Source of the DNA: a virus
Reading direction: 5' to 3' (one strand)
IMG/VR virus record: IMGVR_UViG_3300025141_016306
Location: 18,617-82,616 of that record
DNA length: 64,000 nucleotides
Shown here: positions 1 through 10,772 of the stretch, in pieces
Numbering within the stretch: position 1 is the stretch's first letter
How the letters are laid out: each line of letters starts with the position of its first letter
The notes under the pieces: model-generated
Database searches by the model: none
What the model saw: only the letters and a program-made list of their open reading frames with translations
Told to the model about the DNA's origin: nothing
Translations under genes and position numbers: made by a program

Positions 1-1
1 T

Positions 2-136
2 AATGGAGGCGCTCGGTTTTCCCGGCTGTTCGGTGTAAAGATCAGTAAACCCGGGCTGTTTTTGCCCTTCCGACTTGCTGTCCTCTATCAAAACCTTGCT
101 TATGTATGGCTTCGGTACTTGTGTTAATCCTTTCAT
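2..136 (-). CDS. 5' part of a gene running off the left edge (MKGLTQVPKPYISKVLIED...), probably a further structural-module protein
   Basis: ATG at 136 overlaps the TGA of the upstream gene (TGATG coupling); the frame stays open to the window edge. Confidence 0.55.
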   Translation of the reverse strand, partial: MKGLTQVPKPYISKVLIEDSKSEGQKQPGFTDLYTEQPGKPSASI

Positions 137-1260
137 CAGCAAACATCCTCTGTGTCGACGGGTTCTAAGTCATAAATGCCGGTATCCGCGGACCCCGGGA
201 GATCCGAGCCGGCGCAATCAAAGACGTCAGTAGTATAAATATTCTTAGTTTTAAGATCTTTTGCTTTATTGATATGAAAACATGCCAGGGACCGGTCGAT
301 TTCAGTGTCAAGTTGGATGTCAAACATATCATCTACTGCATCGGATGTAAGTCCTGTGGTGTCTTCCCCGTTAAACGTCATCTTTTTAAGACCCTGGATA
401 TCGTCAGTTTCAGTTATCTCATAGACTTCCAATAAAAAGTTCTCTTCTTCAAAGTCGACGTTCGCCTCCTCAAAAGACACAAGCAAGTAATCTTTTTCGA
501 TCACTACGGATCCGGTGGGAAGTTCGGCTGTCCACACAAGATCGTCAAACATCTCCATGTTCCCAACCCCATGGGGCGTCTCGATGCCGCCGGTGGTGTC
601 CAGGTCGTCCAATTCGTCTGCGCCGAGCGCTAGCTCTAGCTTTGTTCTTAGAGTTGGCTCCACTTCATATATATCCATCTCCGGCGGGACGCGATAAAGG
701 GTGTCCTTAATCGAGGCGCTTAATTGGGGAATTGGGGCAGCAATACCGTTGTGCTGGTAGGCGCGTGCAGAGCTTGAAATCTGCCCGTTATAGAAGAGCA
801 CATTCCACGCCGGCGCCTTATTATTAAAGTAGCGCTTTTGGCCGAGGAGATTGATTAAAAGCTTCTCATTGTCCGCGAAGTCAGGGTCTAATTTCAATCT
901 TCCGGTTTTATATTCTTCTAGCTCTTTTAAATCTTGCAGGTCTCCGCCCAGATTAAACAAATCAATCATATTTTTTTCAAGGGCATATGAAGAAATATCC
1001 GCCGTGTTAAATATTGTACGTTCGGAGCCGACTTTGGAATTGAGAGTTTCAATTCGGGGGGTTTCTTCCTGAATTCTTTTTTCAACGAGCCACTGCTCTT
1101 CAGTGTGAGTTGATCCTGATACCCAGCGCGTGTCATAAATGATGCCGTCATCAGAGAAAGCATAGAAAACCGGGTTGAACTCGCCGACGGAGAGGAGTTG
1201 GCGGCCATAACGCGTCAGCTTAAGGTTTATAACATCTTGTTTTTTATCAAAAAATTCCAT
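136..1260 (-). CDS. Hypothetical protein, probable virion/baseplate-associated protein
   Basis: 374-aa ORF, AGGAG about 10 nt upstream, co-oriented at the end of the baseplate cluster; function inferred from context only. Confidence 0.6.
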   Translation of the reverse strand: MEFFDKKQDVINLKLTRYGRQLLSVGEFNPVFYAFSDDGIIYDTRWVSGSTHTEEQWLVEKRIQEETPRIETLNSKVGSERTIFNTADISSYALEKNMIDLFNLGGDLQDLKELEEYKTGRLKLDPDFADNEKLLINLLGQKRYFNNKAPAWNVLFYNGQISSSARAYQHNGIAAPIPQLSASIKDTLYRVPPEMDIYEVEPTLRTKLELALGADELDDLDTTGGIETPHGVGNMEMFDDLVWTAELPTGSVVIEKDYLLVSFEEANVDFEEENFLLEVYEITETDDIQGLKKMTFNGEDTTGLTSDAVDDMFDIQLDTEIDRSLACFHINKAKDLKTKNIYTTDVFDCAGSDLPGSADTGIYDLEPVDTEDVC

Positions 1261-1298
1261 TGTCTATGCTGCTCCTACGCTATACCTCCTAGGGTTAT

Positions 1299-4200
1299 TT
1301 AAAGGCCGCCTTTTCCCATCCACTCCGCGAATGCTTTGGAGACACATTGAAGCTGACCCTTCTTGGGCCCGGACTTCGGAATCCAGGCCACTAGGCCGTC
1401 CGGACATGGCGATTGTACCATGCCAGTGGTGTAGTTATTGGCTCCTAATGCCGCGGCAATAGAGCTAACTACGCCGGCTGGCGTGGCCGTTAGGGTTCCT
1501 GCGTCTTCTGCAAGGGCGGCGGCGACGGCAGAAAGATTATTGGGTGCTAAAGCTGCCGCGGCGCCACCTTCCGCGCGCGGGTTAAACACCGTGGTTGCTG
1601 TTGTCTTGCTTAACTCTATCAGCGAGAAAAAGTCATTCGGCCAGTTATAAGAAAAGGCAAAGTCATGGGGGTGAGCCACATCGCTGCGCACATACTCTTT
1701 GCCGTCAATTGACTGTCGTCCCACCACGTTCGCATAATTATTTCGCGCCCGTTTCTTAACCTTAAAGACTGCCCATCTCGTTTTGTCAGGATCGAAGATC
1801 TCTTCAAAATACGGATGCGGGGGGACGCCCTTCTGTGACGCCTCGGGTCCAGTATCTGCTTCTAATGCACGAGTTGGGAGCACATGTGTAATTACATCGC
1901 TGGTAGCTTTTATTGCTTTTCTTGCCATCGTTGGCTCGATGCCCTGCCAGATGTTTTGTAGGTCCTCTGTTCCTAGTTTAACCTCAAACTCCCACATATA
2001 AGCCACAAATGGCTCTACATCCTCAAAATGTAAAAAGTCAAACTGGGGCGGCATCACATATTTTCTCATTAATCTCAATAGGTTATAAATCCCCTGATCA
2101 ACTCCCGCGGGGGCTTCTAGTGGTATCTGTTTTCTGTAGTCCTTAACCAGACCTTGGGTGGCTGCGATGGCTGTGCTCTCCTTGAAGATCGGCTCTTTCA
2201 CAGTGGTATTGGTCGTTGTGGCTTCGCAGTTCTTTGCCGCATCTACCGCGCTCTTGTTCATTTTATAAAGCATTGTGCGGTTAGTGTTATTGAAATATTT
2301 AAAGGGTATCGCCACAATAGCTTCGGAGAGCATGCGCTCTGTGGCCAAGCTCCCAATTTTGGACTCGCGGTTAGATGGGCCAAAGCTTAAAAGACTTGCA
2401 AGAGATTGAGCGTCGGCATCTTCGCCGGCAGCGCGCATATAAAAGCTCGGGTCTTGCACAGCCATGGTGATTCCCTCCGACGCGGAAGGAAGTGCTCCGT
2501 ATTGATGCCACATGCCCACTGGGGCGTTACCGCTCACCGTTTGAGGGGTCGGGGTAAGCGAGGAGGTCGCATGGCTAGAGAAATCCAGGACGGGTGTTTC
2601 AAACTTGGGATGGACGATGAGGCGTTGGTCGGTCTTGTCCCTCTCATTGTAAAAAATCCATTCGCCCGTGGCGGAGTCGCCTTGCAATCCCTTGGGTTGC
2701 CCAAAATTCAAAGATGCGGATATTTGCATGGCGTTTGCTTGCGCGCAAGATCCGCCGCCCCAATTGGCCACGTTTTGGGCGGCGCCGGTGGGGCCTTTTG
2801 CAAAGATAGACATGCCCGGGTTCCAAGTTTTCATTCTATCATATGACTGAGATATCTCAGCCATAAGCTCGCTAACAAGTTTTGAACCTTTATCTAGGCC
2901 CACCATCAAGCGGCAATAACTATAGCCATCATAATATGGAGGAGTGTAAGGCTCAAAAGAGGCAACGTTGCCTAGCCAATTATCAAGACCTCCCGTAGGC
3001 GCGAGACCCGACGGTCCAGCAAACCAAAGTGAAAACGGGCCCGAATTAACTGGTGGGCCGAATGAGGATCCATATGTATGAACGTCTGTTGTATATCCAC
3101 TATTGGCGCGCGAATACATTGTGATACTAGAAGTATTATAAAGAAGACTTGAGCCCCACAGATACGTAGCTGTGCCATATACCCAATTTGATGCATCAGA
3201 GTGAAAAAAGCTGCTCGTTTCATAATATGACTGGTAATCTACCATATTGCGAGAATTTCTCAGCACCACATCGAGATAGTAATTTCCAGAGACAGGAACC
3301 GCGACAGTATCCTGGATTGGGAGAGGCATGCTAGTAATAGAAGACACCGCCCCCTCTTCTAAGAAAAAGTCTACGCTCTCGGCCAAAAAGTTGTTCATTG
3401 CAAATTTATAGGCCGGTGCCACGACGCGGTAGCTAGCTGTCGAATCCAGACGCGCGTCCATCATTCCTTCCATGTCGCGCAGGGCCAAGGCGGGGGCTGG
3501 ATCGTAAATCTGCTCAAAGTTAATCCGCTGATTAAAGTTTCCGCTAATCATTGAATTCGAGCCCCATACGTCCCTATCGCTTCCCACCCAGTCCAAGGTC
3601 GTCGAATCCGCGTTGTGAACCGGGTAGTCCACAGCCAGGCCTGACTTAACACTGTTGTATAAAATGCCGGGGGCGAAGAAGGGCTGCAACAGCGTGCGCA
3701 GCTTCCCGTTGTCCGCAGGTGCGCCCGCGGACTCTAATTTAACGCCTTGCAACGATGAGGAGAAAAGCGTGCCCAATTGAACTGTTCTTTCTGATGGATA
3801 AAAGCCATTATAGGGTAAAAACTTTATGATTGCTTCGCAGCCTAGGCTGAGACGCGGCGTTTTTATTTTGCCAAAAGTTTGGCCGGCGCTGGTATCTCCG
3901 AACCCCTTCTGGAAAAGCTTAAAATGTTCGTAGAAGTCCGAGTATACGTGTCTCTTCAAGAAATCGTCTACTCGATTAGATGAGTCCGTGGCAGCGCCGG
4001 TGAGTGACAACATTCCATTTTTAACGCCAAGACCTGTAGTGTTGGTTAGATTTTTAAAGTACGGGTAAGTGGGCTTCTCTAAACTCCAATTAGATCCCTT
4101 GCGCGCAGCGATAAAGTCTCCCATTTTTTCCGAAATTCTAAACTCTGGAAGAATCGTAGAATCTTGGGCCATGGCCGAAAGACCATCGGCGTAATCATCG

Positions 4201-7200
4201 TAAGTATCATAAAATGGAGCGGTGCCAGCGTTGTTGCTTCCTGTAGCGACCCATTGGCCGTGGCCAACAGACGCCGTGAATTGGATTAAGTAGGCAACCT
4301 CTCGGGCCCGGGCGGTGTCCACAACGCTCCCTTGCCACCCGACGTAGCCTAGGGAACCGGCGTAGCTATACGGAAGTCCAAACGAGGCTGTTCGAGAATA
4401 ACTGCCAGACCAAATTGGAAGCTGGTCGGAAGAGCCAAAATCCGAACTCCACGCAGTCGTCGGAGAAGCGGCGAGGAGCGGGATTCGACGAATATAACTG
4501 CATGCCGGCATAATATTGGAGGCGGTGCCGTAATGGAACAAGCTATATGTATTCTGAAGTTCGCCAACTCCGCTGCCTGTGGGCATTGAAGCAGAATAGG
4601 GGGCGTGCGAACCGTAAGTGATGTAGTCGAGCGCTTGGTCTGCGCCGTATTCGCTTGTTGCGTCCAGCTTCCAAAGGCTGGCTGTCCCGATAAGTTCTCC
4701 CATCGAATTGGGAAGGCCGGTGACGCTAGCCCCGCCTGTTCGGTTTCGATTCGCGCGCGTTGATCTCCAGAAGTCATTAACAAATGTCTCTCTCTTTCGA
4801 CTGCCTGAAAGATATGTAAATTGTTCTTTCGGGTAAATAACCTCTGTGTAGGCGGCTTGTGTGTCTGCCTTCTTCCCGGTTTTCTCCACCAATGTCTTGA
4901 TGGCCAAATACGGGGAATAGGTTTTTGTGAATAGATTTTTATTGTTTGGGTCGTGTTTCGTCAACAGGACATCTAGGGCAGCGCCATCTTGACTGTGGTC
5001 GGTAAATAGCACATTCTGGTTGCCATAAGTCATGACAATCTTAGCGTAATCGTTTTCATTATCGCCTGTCGGTAGATATATCTGCAAGGGCTTATATTTG
5101 CCGCTAGCTACCGGTTCCGTATAGTTAACGATTGTCTTCGAAAATAAACCTGAGAATCCGGGGGTCCCTAGGGGATTCTCTCTGTCTTGGCCAACCATGG
5201 CCGTAACCGCCTCTTCTTTAACGTATCCAATTTCATTATATCTTCTCTGGTATCTTACAATCGGATGTTGATCGCCTCGAATTTGTTTCCAAGAAGGCCA
5301 TCCGTAAGGGCCTTGACGGTGAAGAATTAATCCATTTAAAACTCTTGGGAAACCTCCGCCTGGTAAACTCCCCACAGAAGTGGCCCGAGTAACAAGGCCT
5401 CCTTTATAGGGATATGTAGCCCTGTCGGTGGCGTCCAATGGATTGAGGTTGACCATTCCGCCCGGATATCCCAACATATTCGTACTCGCAGTAAGCGCTT
5501 CCTGAATATTCATGTTTAATCCTGCAAAGTCTACAGGAATAAAGTTTGGAGAGTCGGGTGCCATCCCTGCTATGGCGCCGGCCAACTCCTCACCATAATA
5601 TCGATTCGCGCCGCCCCACGAGCCGACCGTGCTAGCGCTACAAAAAGTAATATCAGTTGACGCCTCATCTCCGCGGGCAAAGTTTCTTTGTTCATATCCC
5701 AATAAGATGTCGCCAGTTTGCAATACGCTGGCCGTGATCCAAGAATATTGAAAGTCTGACTGTGGAATCGGATGCGAAACCATGGCGTTATCGTAATGGG
5801 AGGCAGTAATAATTGTTGCTTGATCTCCCTCGTATTGATTTCCATATTGGACTCTTTTCCGGGCATTTCGATTAACTTTGTGGAAAGAAGCCGTCGCATC
5901 CGTATAGCCAACCATGGCGTAATACGACCCCGCGTTGACGGAACCGCTTGTGCCGGGATAGGCCTGCCCCGCGCGGACATAACTGGCCGAGTTAAAAGCG
6001 TCACTGAAATATCCGAACTGCTTTGAGTGATCCGAAAGAAGCACATCTAAAGGCTGTCGCACTTCAAGGTTTCTGAAGGGAAGCGCATTGTAAACCGAAT
6101 ATTCGGCGGCCTCGATGTCAAGGAATCCTAAACTATTGACCTCTGGGCCGCCGGGAGCAGAGAAGCGATTCACAATCACAAACTGATTGCGTGCGCGCAC
6201 GGGAAGCGTATAATCAACGGTGCCGCTAATCAGGCTCTCCACAGAAGATCCAGTAATACTTCCTGTCTCCACCAAATATATGTTGTTAGCCGTACGGCTA
6301 TTTGTCAACACTACATCATAGTCATTACTATAGTTGCCAATATTGGTAATGTTAGACGCTGTAGTCTGTTGGATATTCTTAATGTTTATGGGGCGCTTAG
6401 CCATTGGCTCGCGGAAAAAGACGGCGCGTGGGAGGTTATTATTTATATTCCCCACAGGATCACCGGGTCGGGATGCCGGATTAAGAAGCGTTATGCCGTT
6501 ATCCGTGAACGCGCCGCCCTCTTGATCAACCGTCCACACTTCACCTCGATTTGTTTGATTGGCGCTGCCAGTGTTTAATTTTTGGTGTCTATGTTGATTA
6601 CCACCCACATATTTTTCTGTAAACAACCCTTGCATGGGGTGTTCATAGTCGGGCCCGTAGACGTCATGGTGGATATTGGTCAGACGCGCGTTGCTGGGCA
6701 AGTCCGCAAGTCCGCTTTGAGGCCCCAGCGAAGAACTGATGATGTTGAATGGTGCCAACAAACTCGCATCGGCGCGATTGTATGTATCGTTGTTGAAAGA
6801 CCAATTTACGGTGCCCGCTGGCAGAATCGTTTTTTGGTTTGACCCTGAGAGCCATGGCTTCTGTGTCCCTTCTATACAGTCGGCGGAACTGCTTAATGTT
6901 GTAACGATGGCAAGATCGGCAGATCCGCCGCCTGCTGCATAGAAGCGCTTCATCGTTTCTTTGTAATAGGTCACTTTTTTATTGCGATGAAAATTGATGC
7001 CGCCTTTATAGTGCTCACTTATATCACCCGCAGTTCGATAAGGTTTGGCGTGCCTTAAGGCATATGTTGAACCAGAATATTGTGTAGACGAGCCGCTATC
7101 ATATAAAGTATAGTTGGGGGCGTTGTTTTCGTTATTAATAGAATCTAATATATCTTGCTTGTTGGTATTGACTCCAGTAACTGCCGAGTAAATAACCGTA

Positions 7201-10200
7201 TTGGTTCGGAGCGCTCTATTCCGCCACCACAAACATTTCTCTTTTTGAGAGCTATTCAGCGGGGCATGCCCAAGCCTCCAATTGTATAGAAGCTCGTTAA
7301 CACCGAGCACTTGCGCATTAAAATCTGGAATTTCTTCGCGGATGACTGGCGCCTTGTGCTGAAATTTATTGCGATCCCCAAGGACAAAGTTTTCCACAAT
7401 GGTGGAAACGCCCTCTTTGAGCACTCCCATCGAAGCTGGGATTAAATTGGCAATATATTGGCTCATTGCATAATCAATAAACTTGAAGTATTCTACATAC
7501 TTATCGAAATCATAGTCATTGTCAACCTTCTCGAAGAACAGGTCTGACATCTTAATAAGTTCTTTATAATTGCCGCGGAAACGATTGACGTTGGCACCGA
7601 TGAGGGTGTTTAAGTACCCGGCCGTGGCGAACATTCCGAGCATTTCTTCGGATACATCTTGAAATAAGTTTTTCTCTATTGAAAGATTATAAGTGGTCGG
7701 TCGCGCGTTGCGCGTATAAAAATCGTCTGATTGGTTCTCCACAATATTAACTAAGTTGGAATCCAGAAGAACTTCTGGTACTTGCTGTTGCAGGGTGCCG
7801 CGAGACAGCTTCTGTACAGGCGCACTGCTCGATATGCTAAAAAAGCTGCCGCTAGCTGTGTGGCGACGGCTGACAAGGCCGCTAAACCAATCAAAACGAT
7901 CATCAGTGGCGCTTCCAGAGGAGGCATCTTCAACTGAAAACTGGCCATACGCGTCCGATCCCGTGACCGAGGCAAAATTCCAGCGCAAAGCAAGCGTTTC
8001 TATTTCTGATACATCGGTGCCCTTAATTGCGTCTTGGTAGAGGAACGCCCTCCTAGAAGGAGACGCCGGGCCGTAGCTGCCAATTTTCATATTGTGCTGG
8101 TCAATAGAGGATGTTGCAATATCGGCATACCATGCTTTAACTTCGCTTATTTTTGTATCTGCGAACTGCAGCACAGCGCCTGTAAAGTTAGTTCTATGCG
8201 CTCCGGCGTAAACTCTTTTATGACTAGCTAAAATTTTGCGCCCTTCTTCAACACTGAGGGAAGCTGTCAATATAAATTCGTTCCGCTTTAAATCGCCAAT
8301 ATGATTAGAACCGTAAAATCGGACCTTGTATCCGTTCAATTCAGAGCCGTCTGGCTCGTTAATCTGAGGATAGGTGTTCGGCTTGACGGTTACAGCAAAT
8401 GTCCAGAGATCATCGTCGTAGACATTCTCAAAAAACGAGGAGGTTAGCTCGGGGGTGATGAAGCCGCCGGCGGATCCCGTTAAGACAAATTTAGCGTTGC
8501 TAGAGAATCTATTGTCTTTGACGGCAAAGACCTGGAAGTTGGCGTAGTCATTTGTTGCCCATGTTAGGTCATTTTCTGTACCATTAGCGGTGTGTAAACC
8601 GAAGAGAGAAGAAGAAACGACGAGAGGATACAGATTCTCATAAGAACTGCTTGTGCCTCGCTTAAGTGTCGCATACTCACCAATTGAAACTCGATTGGGT
8701 AGCACTATATCGCTCTCTAGGGTAAAAGAGAGTCCTGAGCCTTCATAGTCACCATCATAATCGGAGGTGCCAGAGATGAAGGAAGTAGCATTTGAGTCGG
8801 TGCGATACTGGTAGACGCTCGCATCCTGGCTGCCTGTTTTATTGAAATTTATATAATTTGTAACCTTTGTTATTTCGCGCGTGTTGTCTTGGAGTTTGTA
8901 GGCTCCGTTGTTCGCGTAAATATTGAATTTTAAGGCATTGTCTCCTAGCCCGAAACAGCGGAAAAGGTTTCTCATCGCCTTTTCGGTGCCCTTGGCCTTG
9001 TTAATATAAGTGAGATTGTTGTAAATGTTCTGGTAAATGGTGTTTTTAATCTCTTGGAGCGTTTCCTCGAACTTTAAAGTATCACTGCGATTTTCAAATT
9101 GCTCCAAGAGATCTGCGTTTATGAACAAGTCAGAAGCAATCATGCCCCGTGACTCTATAAAGTGCTTATTAAATGGCGGCGGGTTTGTGTCGCCGGCGTA
9201 GTATTTCTCGTGTTTCAGTTCTGGAAGTTTTTGAACAAGAAGCGCTGCTGAGTCAAAATAACTTCCCATAATTTGCAACGCATTTAATAGTTCATTTTTA
9301 TTTAGATTGGACGGATCCGTTTCGTTCTCGCTCAACATCCACTGCGGAACAAACGAATCCATTTTGTTTGCGTTTACATCATCATGGACGCGCCCTTCCA
9401 GTTTTTTCTCGTTCTTGTAGCCCAAAACGGTTGGATGGAAAGAATATAAAATGGGATCCTGGAATTCCGTTGGGCTCGCAGATGAAGAAACAATCGCCGA
9501 TCCCGTGTTACGAGAATAGGTAGCGGAATATCCTGTCCATGCGCCATTGGTGATACGACCGGAATAGTCAAGCACCACCGCATCAATTGAAGCTGTTTGC
9601 GTGATTCCTGCATTAAACTTATAATAAACACCTAGATCGGTGTTGGCAGGGTCGCTATTGGTGCCGCCGCCGACTTGGCCAAACCAATATCGTTGAAGCT
9701 TCTCAGAACTTCTGTATGTCTTCCAATATCGGAGTTCATCCAATGATCCCGATAACTTAGCATAACCGCGGTCTGGTCCATCGTGATAAATATTTCCCGA
9801 GGGAGACTGCCCCAATGCAGCGATGGTGGCGCACAGAGCGCCGCTCACGTAGCCAACGGACGAACCGGTAACAATCCTATCGTTGTGTTCGCCATCTATA
9901 AAGAGATCTGCGACAACCGTGCTGCCCGTATTCTTTAACCTAAAAGCATAATGATGCCACGTGTCATCTGCGACAGTGGCTGCTGTTATGGAGTCACCGA
10001 TGCTTTGCGTTGCAAAACCCGTGGCTCCGGACATATAGGTGAGCAAGAAGGGGCTACCGGTGGCGGCGCCTGTCATCTCAATGCGGAAGCGTCCATAGTC
10101 GACTGAACTGCTTAGGGTACCCGTAACAAAGACGTCAAGAATTACCTCTTTTTCGGTTGCCGCGGCGGAAAAAGCATCTTTGGAAAGCCAAAACTCGACT

Positions 10201-10769
10201 GTGTTTCCGTCGATGCCGCCAATTTTAAGATTGTTTTCACGATTATTGTCTAAATCATATATATTTGCATCTTTCCGATAAACCGCCTTATCCTGTTTAT
10301 AGTCATAGTAAACCTTTAGACCGGTACCGGCGTTGGGTCCGCCTTTGACAAGAATGTATTCATAGGAGGAGGTTCCGGCGGCGCCGTAACCATTGTACAT
10401 GTCGGTGGCAGTTAAACTGGCCGTCGTGAATGTTGCATAGCCAGTAGTGCGGGGATACCCATTTTCAAAAATGTATAAATCTAGGTAGGAGGAACTAATT
10501 TCCCATTGGATCTTTTCTTTTAATGATCCGTCATAAGGATACGTATCATATATTCTCGTGATCGTATCTTCGTAGTATTTTTCAGCGGAACCGAAACGAG
10601 CAAAAGATTTTGGTTCAGAGAAGTGCTCAAGGGGTAGAAAACGCGCGTTGTTTTCCTTGACGGCTCGCATATAATCAAATGATTCTACCTGGCTATCAAT
10701 CTCTTGTTTGGTTAGAGGCTCAGCACCGCTGTTGCCCTTCCCCTCATTAAATAAATCTTTAAGTGACAT
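1299..10769 (-). CDS. Giant virion/baseplate protein (3156 aa) with LamG/concanavalin-A-like domains and a P2 gpI/T4 gp7-like wedge segment
   Basis: LamG-type motifs TVEFWL...WHHYAF...LFIDG...LSGSLDELRYWK and a second similar repeat (LWTFAVTV...ISEVKAW); YINKAKGTEKAMRNLFRCFG resembles the KGT helix of P2 gpI-like wedge proteins; follows gp25/gp6-like genes. Confidence 0.7.
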   Translation of the reverse strand: MSLKDLFNEGKGNSGAEPLTKQEIDSQVESFDYMRAVKENNARFLPLEHFSEPKSFARFGSAEKYYEDTITRIYDTYPYDGSLKEKIQWEISSSYLDLYIFENGYPRTTGYATFTTASLTATDMYNGYGAAGTSSYEYILVKGGPNAGTGLKVYYDYKQDKAVYRKDANIYDLDNNRENNLKIGGIDGNTVEFWLSKDAFSAAATEKEVILDVFVTGTLSSSVDYGRFRIEMTGAATGSPFLLTYMSGATGFATQSIGDSITAATVADDTWHHYAFRLKNTGSTVVADLFIDGEHNDRIVTGSSVGYVSGALCATIAALGQSPSGNIYHDGPDRGYAKLSGSLDELRYWKTYRSSEKLQRYWFGQVGGGTNSDPANTDLGVYYKFNAGITQTASIDAVVLDYSGRITNGAWTGYSATYSRNTGSAIVSSSASPTEFQDPILYSFHPTVLGYKNEKKLEGRVHDDVNANKMDSFVPQWMLSENETDPSNLNKNELLNALQIMGSYFDSAALLVQKLPELKHEKYYAGDTNPPPFNKHFIESRGMIASDLFINADLLEQFENRSDTLKFEETLQEIKNTIYQNIYNNLTYINKAKGTEKAMRNLFRCFGLGDNALKFNIYANNGAYKLQDNTREITKVTNYINFNKTGSQDASVYQYRTDSNATSFISGTSDYDGDYEGSGLSFTLESDIVLPNRVSIGEYATLKRGTSSSYENLYPLVVSSSLFGLHTANGTENDLTWATNDYANFQVFAVKDNRFSSNAKFVLTGSAGGFITPELTSSFFENVYDDDLWTFAVTVKPNTYPQINEPDGSELNGYKVRFYGSNHIGDLKRNEFILTASLSVEEGRKILASHKRVYAGAHRTNFTGAVLQFADTKISEVKAWYADIATSSIDQHNMKIGSYGPASPSRRAFLYQDAIKGTDVSEIETLALRWNFASVTGSDAYGQFSVEDASSGSATDDRFDWFSGLVSRRHTASGSFFSISSSAPVQKLSRGTLQQQVPEVLLDSNLVNIVENQSDDFYTRNARPTTYNLSIEKNLFQDVSEEMLGMFATAGYLNTLIGANVNRFRGNYKELIKMSDLFFEKVDNDYDFDKYVEYFKFIDYAMSQYIANLIPASMGVLKEGVSTIVENFVLGDRNKFQHKAPVIREEIPDFNAQVLGVNELLYNWRLGHAPLNSSQKEKCLWWRNRALRTNTVIYSAVTGVNTNKQDILDSINNENNAPNYTLYDSGSSTQYSGSTYALRHAKPYRTAGDISEHYKGGINFHRNKKVTYYKETMKRFYAAGGGSADLAIVTTLSSSADCIEGTQKPWLSGSNQKTILPAGTVNWSFNNDTYNRADASLLAPFNIISSSLGPQSGLADLPSNARLTNIHHDVYGPDYEHPMQGLFTEKYVGGNQHRHQKLNTGSANQTNRGEVWTVDQEGGAFTDNGITLLNPASRPGDPVGNINNNLPRAVFFREPMAKRPINIKNIQQTTASNITNIGNYSNDYDVVLTNSRTANNIYLVETGSITGSSVESLISGTVDYTLPVRARNQFVIVNRFSAPGGPEVNSLGFLDIEAAEYSVYNALPFRNLEVRQPLDVLLSDHSKQFGYFSDAFNSASYVRAGQAYPGTSGSVNAGSYYAMVGYTDATASFHKVNRNARKRVQYGNQYEGDQATIITASHYDNAMVSHPIPQSDFQYSWITASVLQTGDILLGYEQRNFARGDEASTDITFCSASTVGSWGGANRYYGEELAGAIAGMAPDSPNFIPVDFAGLNMNIQEALTASTNMLGYPGGMVNLNPLDATDRATYPYKGGLVTRATSVGSLPGGGFPRVLNGLILHRQGPYGWPSWKQIRGDQHPIVRYQRRYNEIGYVKEEAVTAMVGQDRENPLGTPGFSGLFSKTIVNYTEPVASGKYKPLQIYLPTGDNENDYAKIVMTYGNQNVLFTDHSQDGAALDVLLTKHDPNNKNLFTKTYSPYLAIKTLVEKTGKKADTQAAYTEVIYPKEQFTYLSGSRKRETFVNDFWRSTRANRNRTGGASVTGLPNSMGELIGTASLWKLDATSEYGADQALDYITYGSHAPYSASMPTGSGVGELQNTYSLFHYGTASNIMPACSYIRRIPLLAASPTTAWSSDFGSSDQLPIWSGSYSRTASFGLPYSYAGSLGYVGWQGSVVDTARAREVAYLIQFTASVGHGQWVATGSNNAGTAPFYDTYDDYADGLSAMAQDSTILPEFRISEKMGDFIAARKGSNWSLEKPTYPYFKNLTNTTGLGVKNGMLSLTGAATDSSNRVDDFLKRHVYSDFYEHFKLFQKGFGDTSAGQTFGKIKTPRLSLGCEAIIKFLPYNGFYPSERTVQLGTLFSSSLQGVKLESAGAPADNGKLRTLLQPFFAPGILYNSVKSGLAVDYPVHNADSTTLDWVGSDRDVWGSNSMISGNFNQRINFEQIYDPAPALALRDMEGMMDARLDSTASYRVVAPAYKFAMNNFLAESVDFFLEEGAVSSITSMPLPIQDTVAVPVSGNYYLDVVLRNSRNMVDYQSYYETSSFFHSDASNWVYGTATYLWGSSLLYNTSSITMYSRANSGYTTDVHTYGSSFGPPVNSGPFSLWFAGPSGLAPTGGLDNWLGNVASFEPYTPPYYDGYSYCRLMVGLDKGSKLVSELMAEISQSYDRMKTWNPGMSIFAKGPTGAAQNVANWGGGSCAQANAMQISASLNFGQPKGLQGDSATGEWIFYNERDKTDQRLIVHPKFETPVLDFSSHATSSLTPTPQTVSGNAPVGMWHQYGALPSASEGITMAVQDPSFYMRAAGEDADAQSLASLLSFGPSNRESKIGSLATERMLSEAIVAIPFKYFNNTNRTMLYKMNKSAVDAAKNCEATTTNTTVKEPIFKESTAIAATQGLVKDYRKQIPLEAPAGVDQGIYNLLRLMRKYVMPPQFDFLHFEDVEPFVAYMWEFEVKLGTEDLQNIWQGIEPTMARKAIKATSDVITHVLPTRALEADTGPEASQKGVPPHPYFEEIFDPDKTRWAVFKVKKRARNNYANVVGRQSIDGKEYVRSDVAHPHDFAFSYNWPNDFFSLIELSKTTATTVFNPRAEGGAAAALAPNNLSAVAAALAEDAGTLTATPAGVVSSIAAALGANNYTTGMVQSPCPDGLVAWIPKSGPKKGQLQCVSKAFAEWMGKGGL

Positions 10770-10772
10770 GTT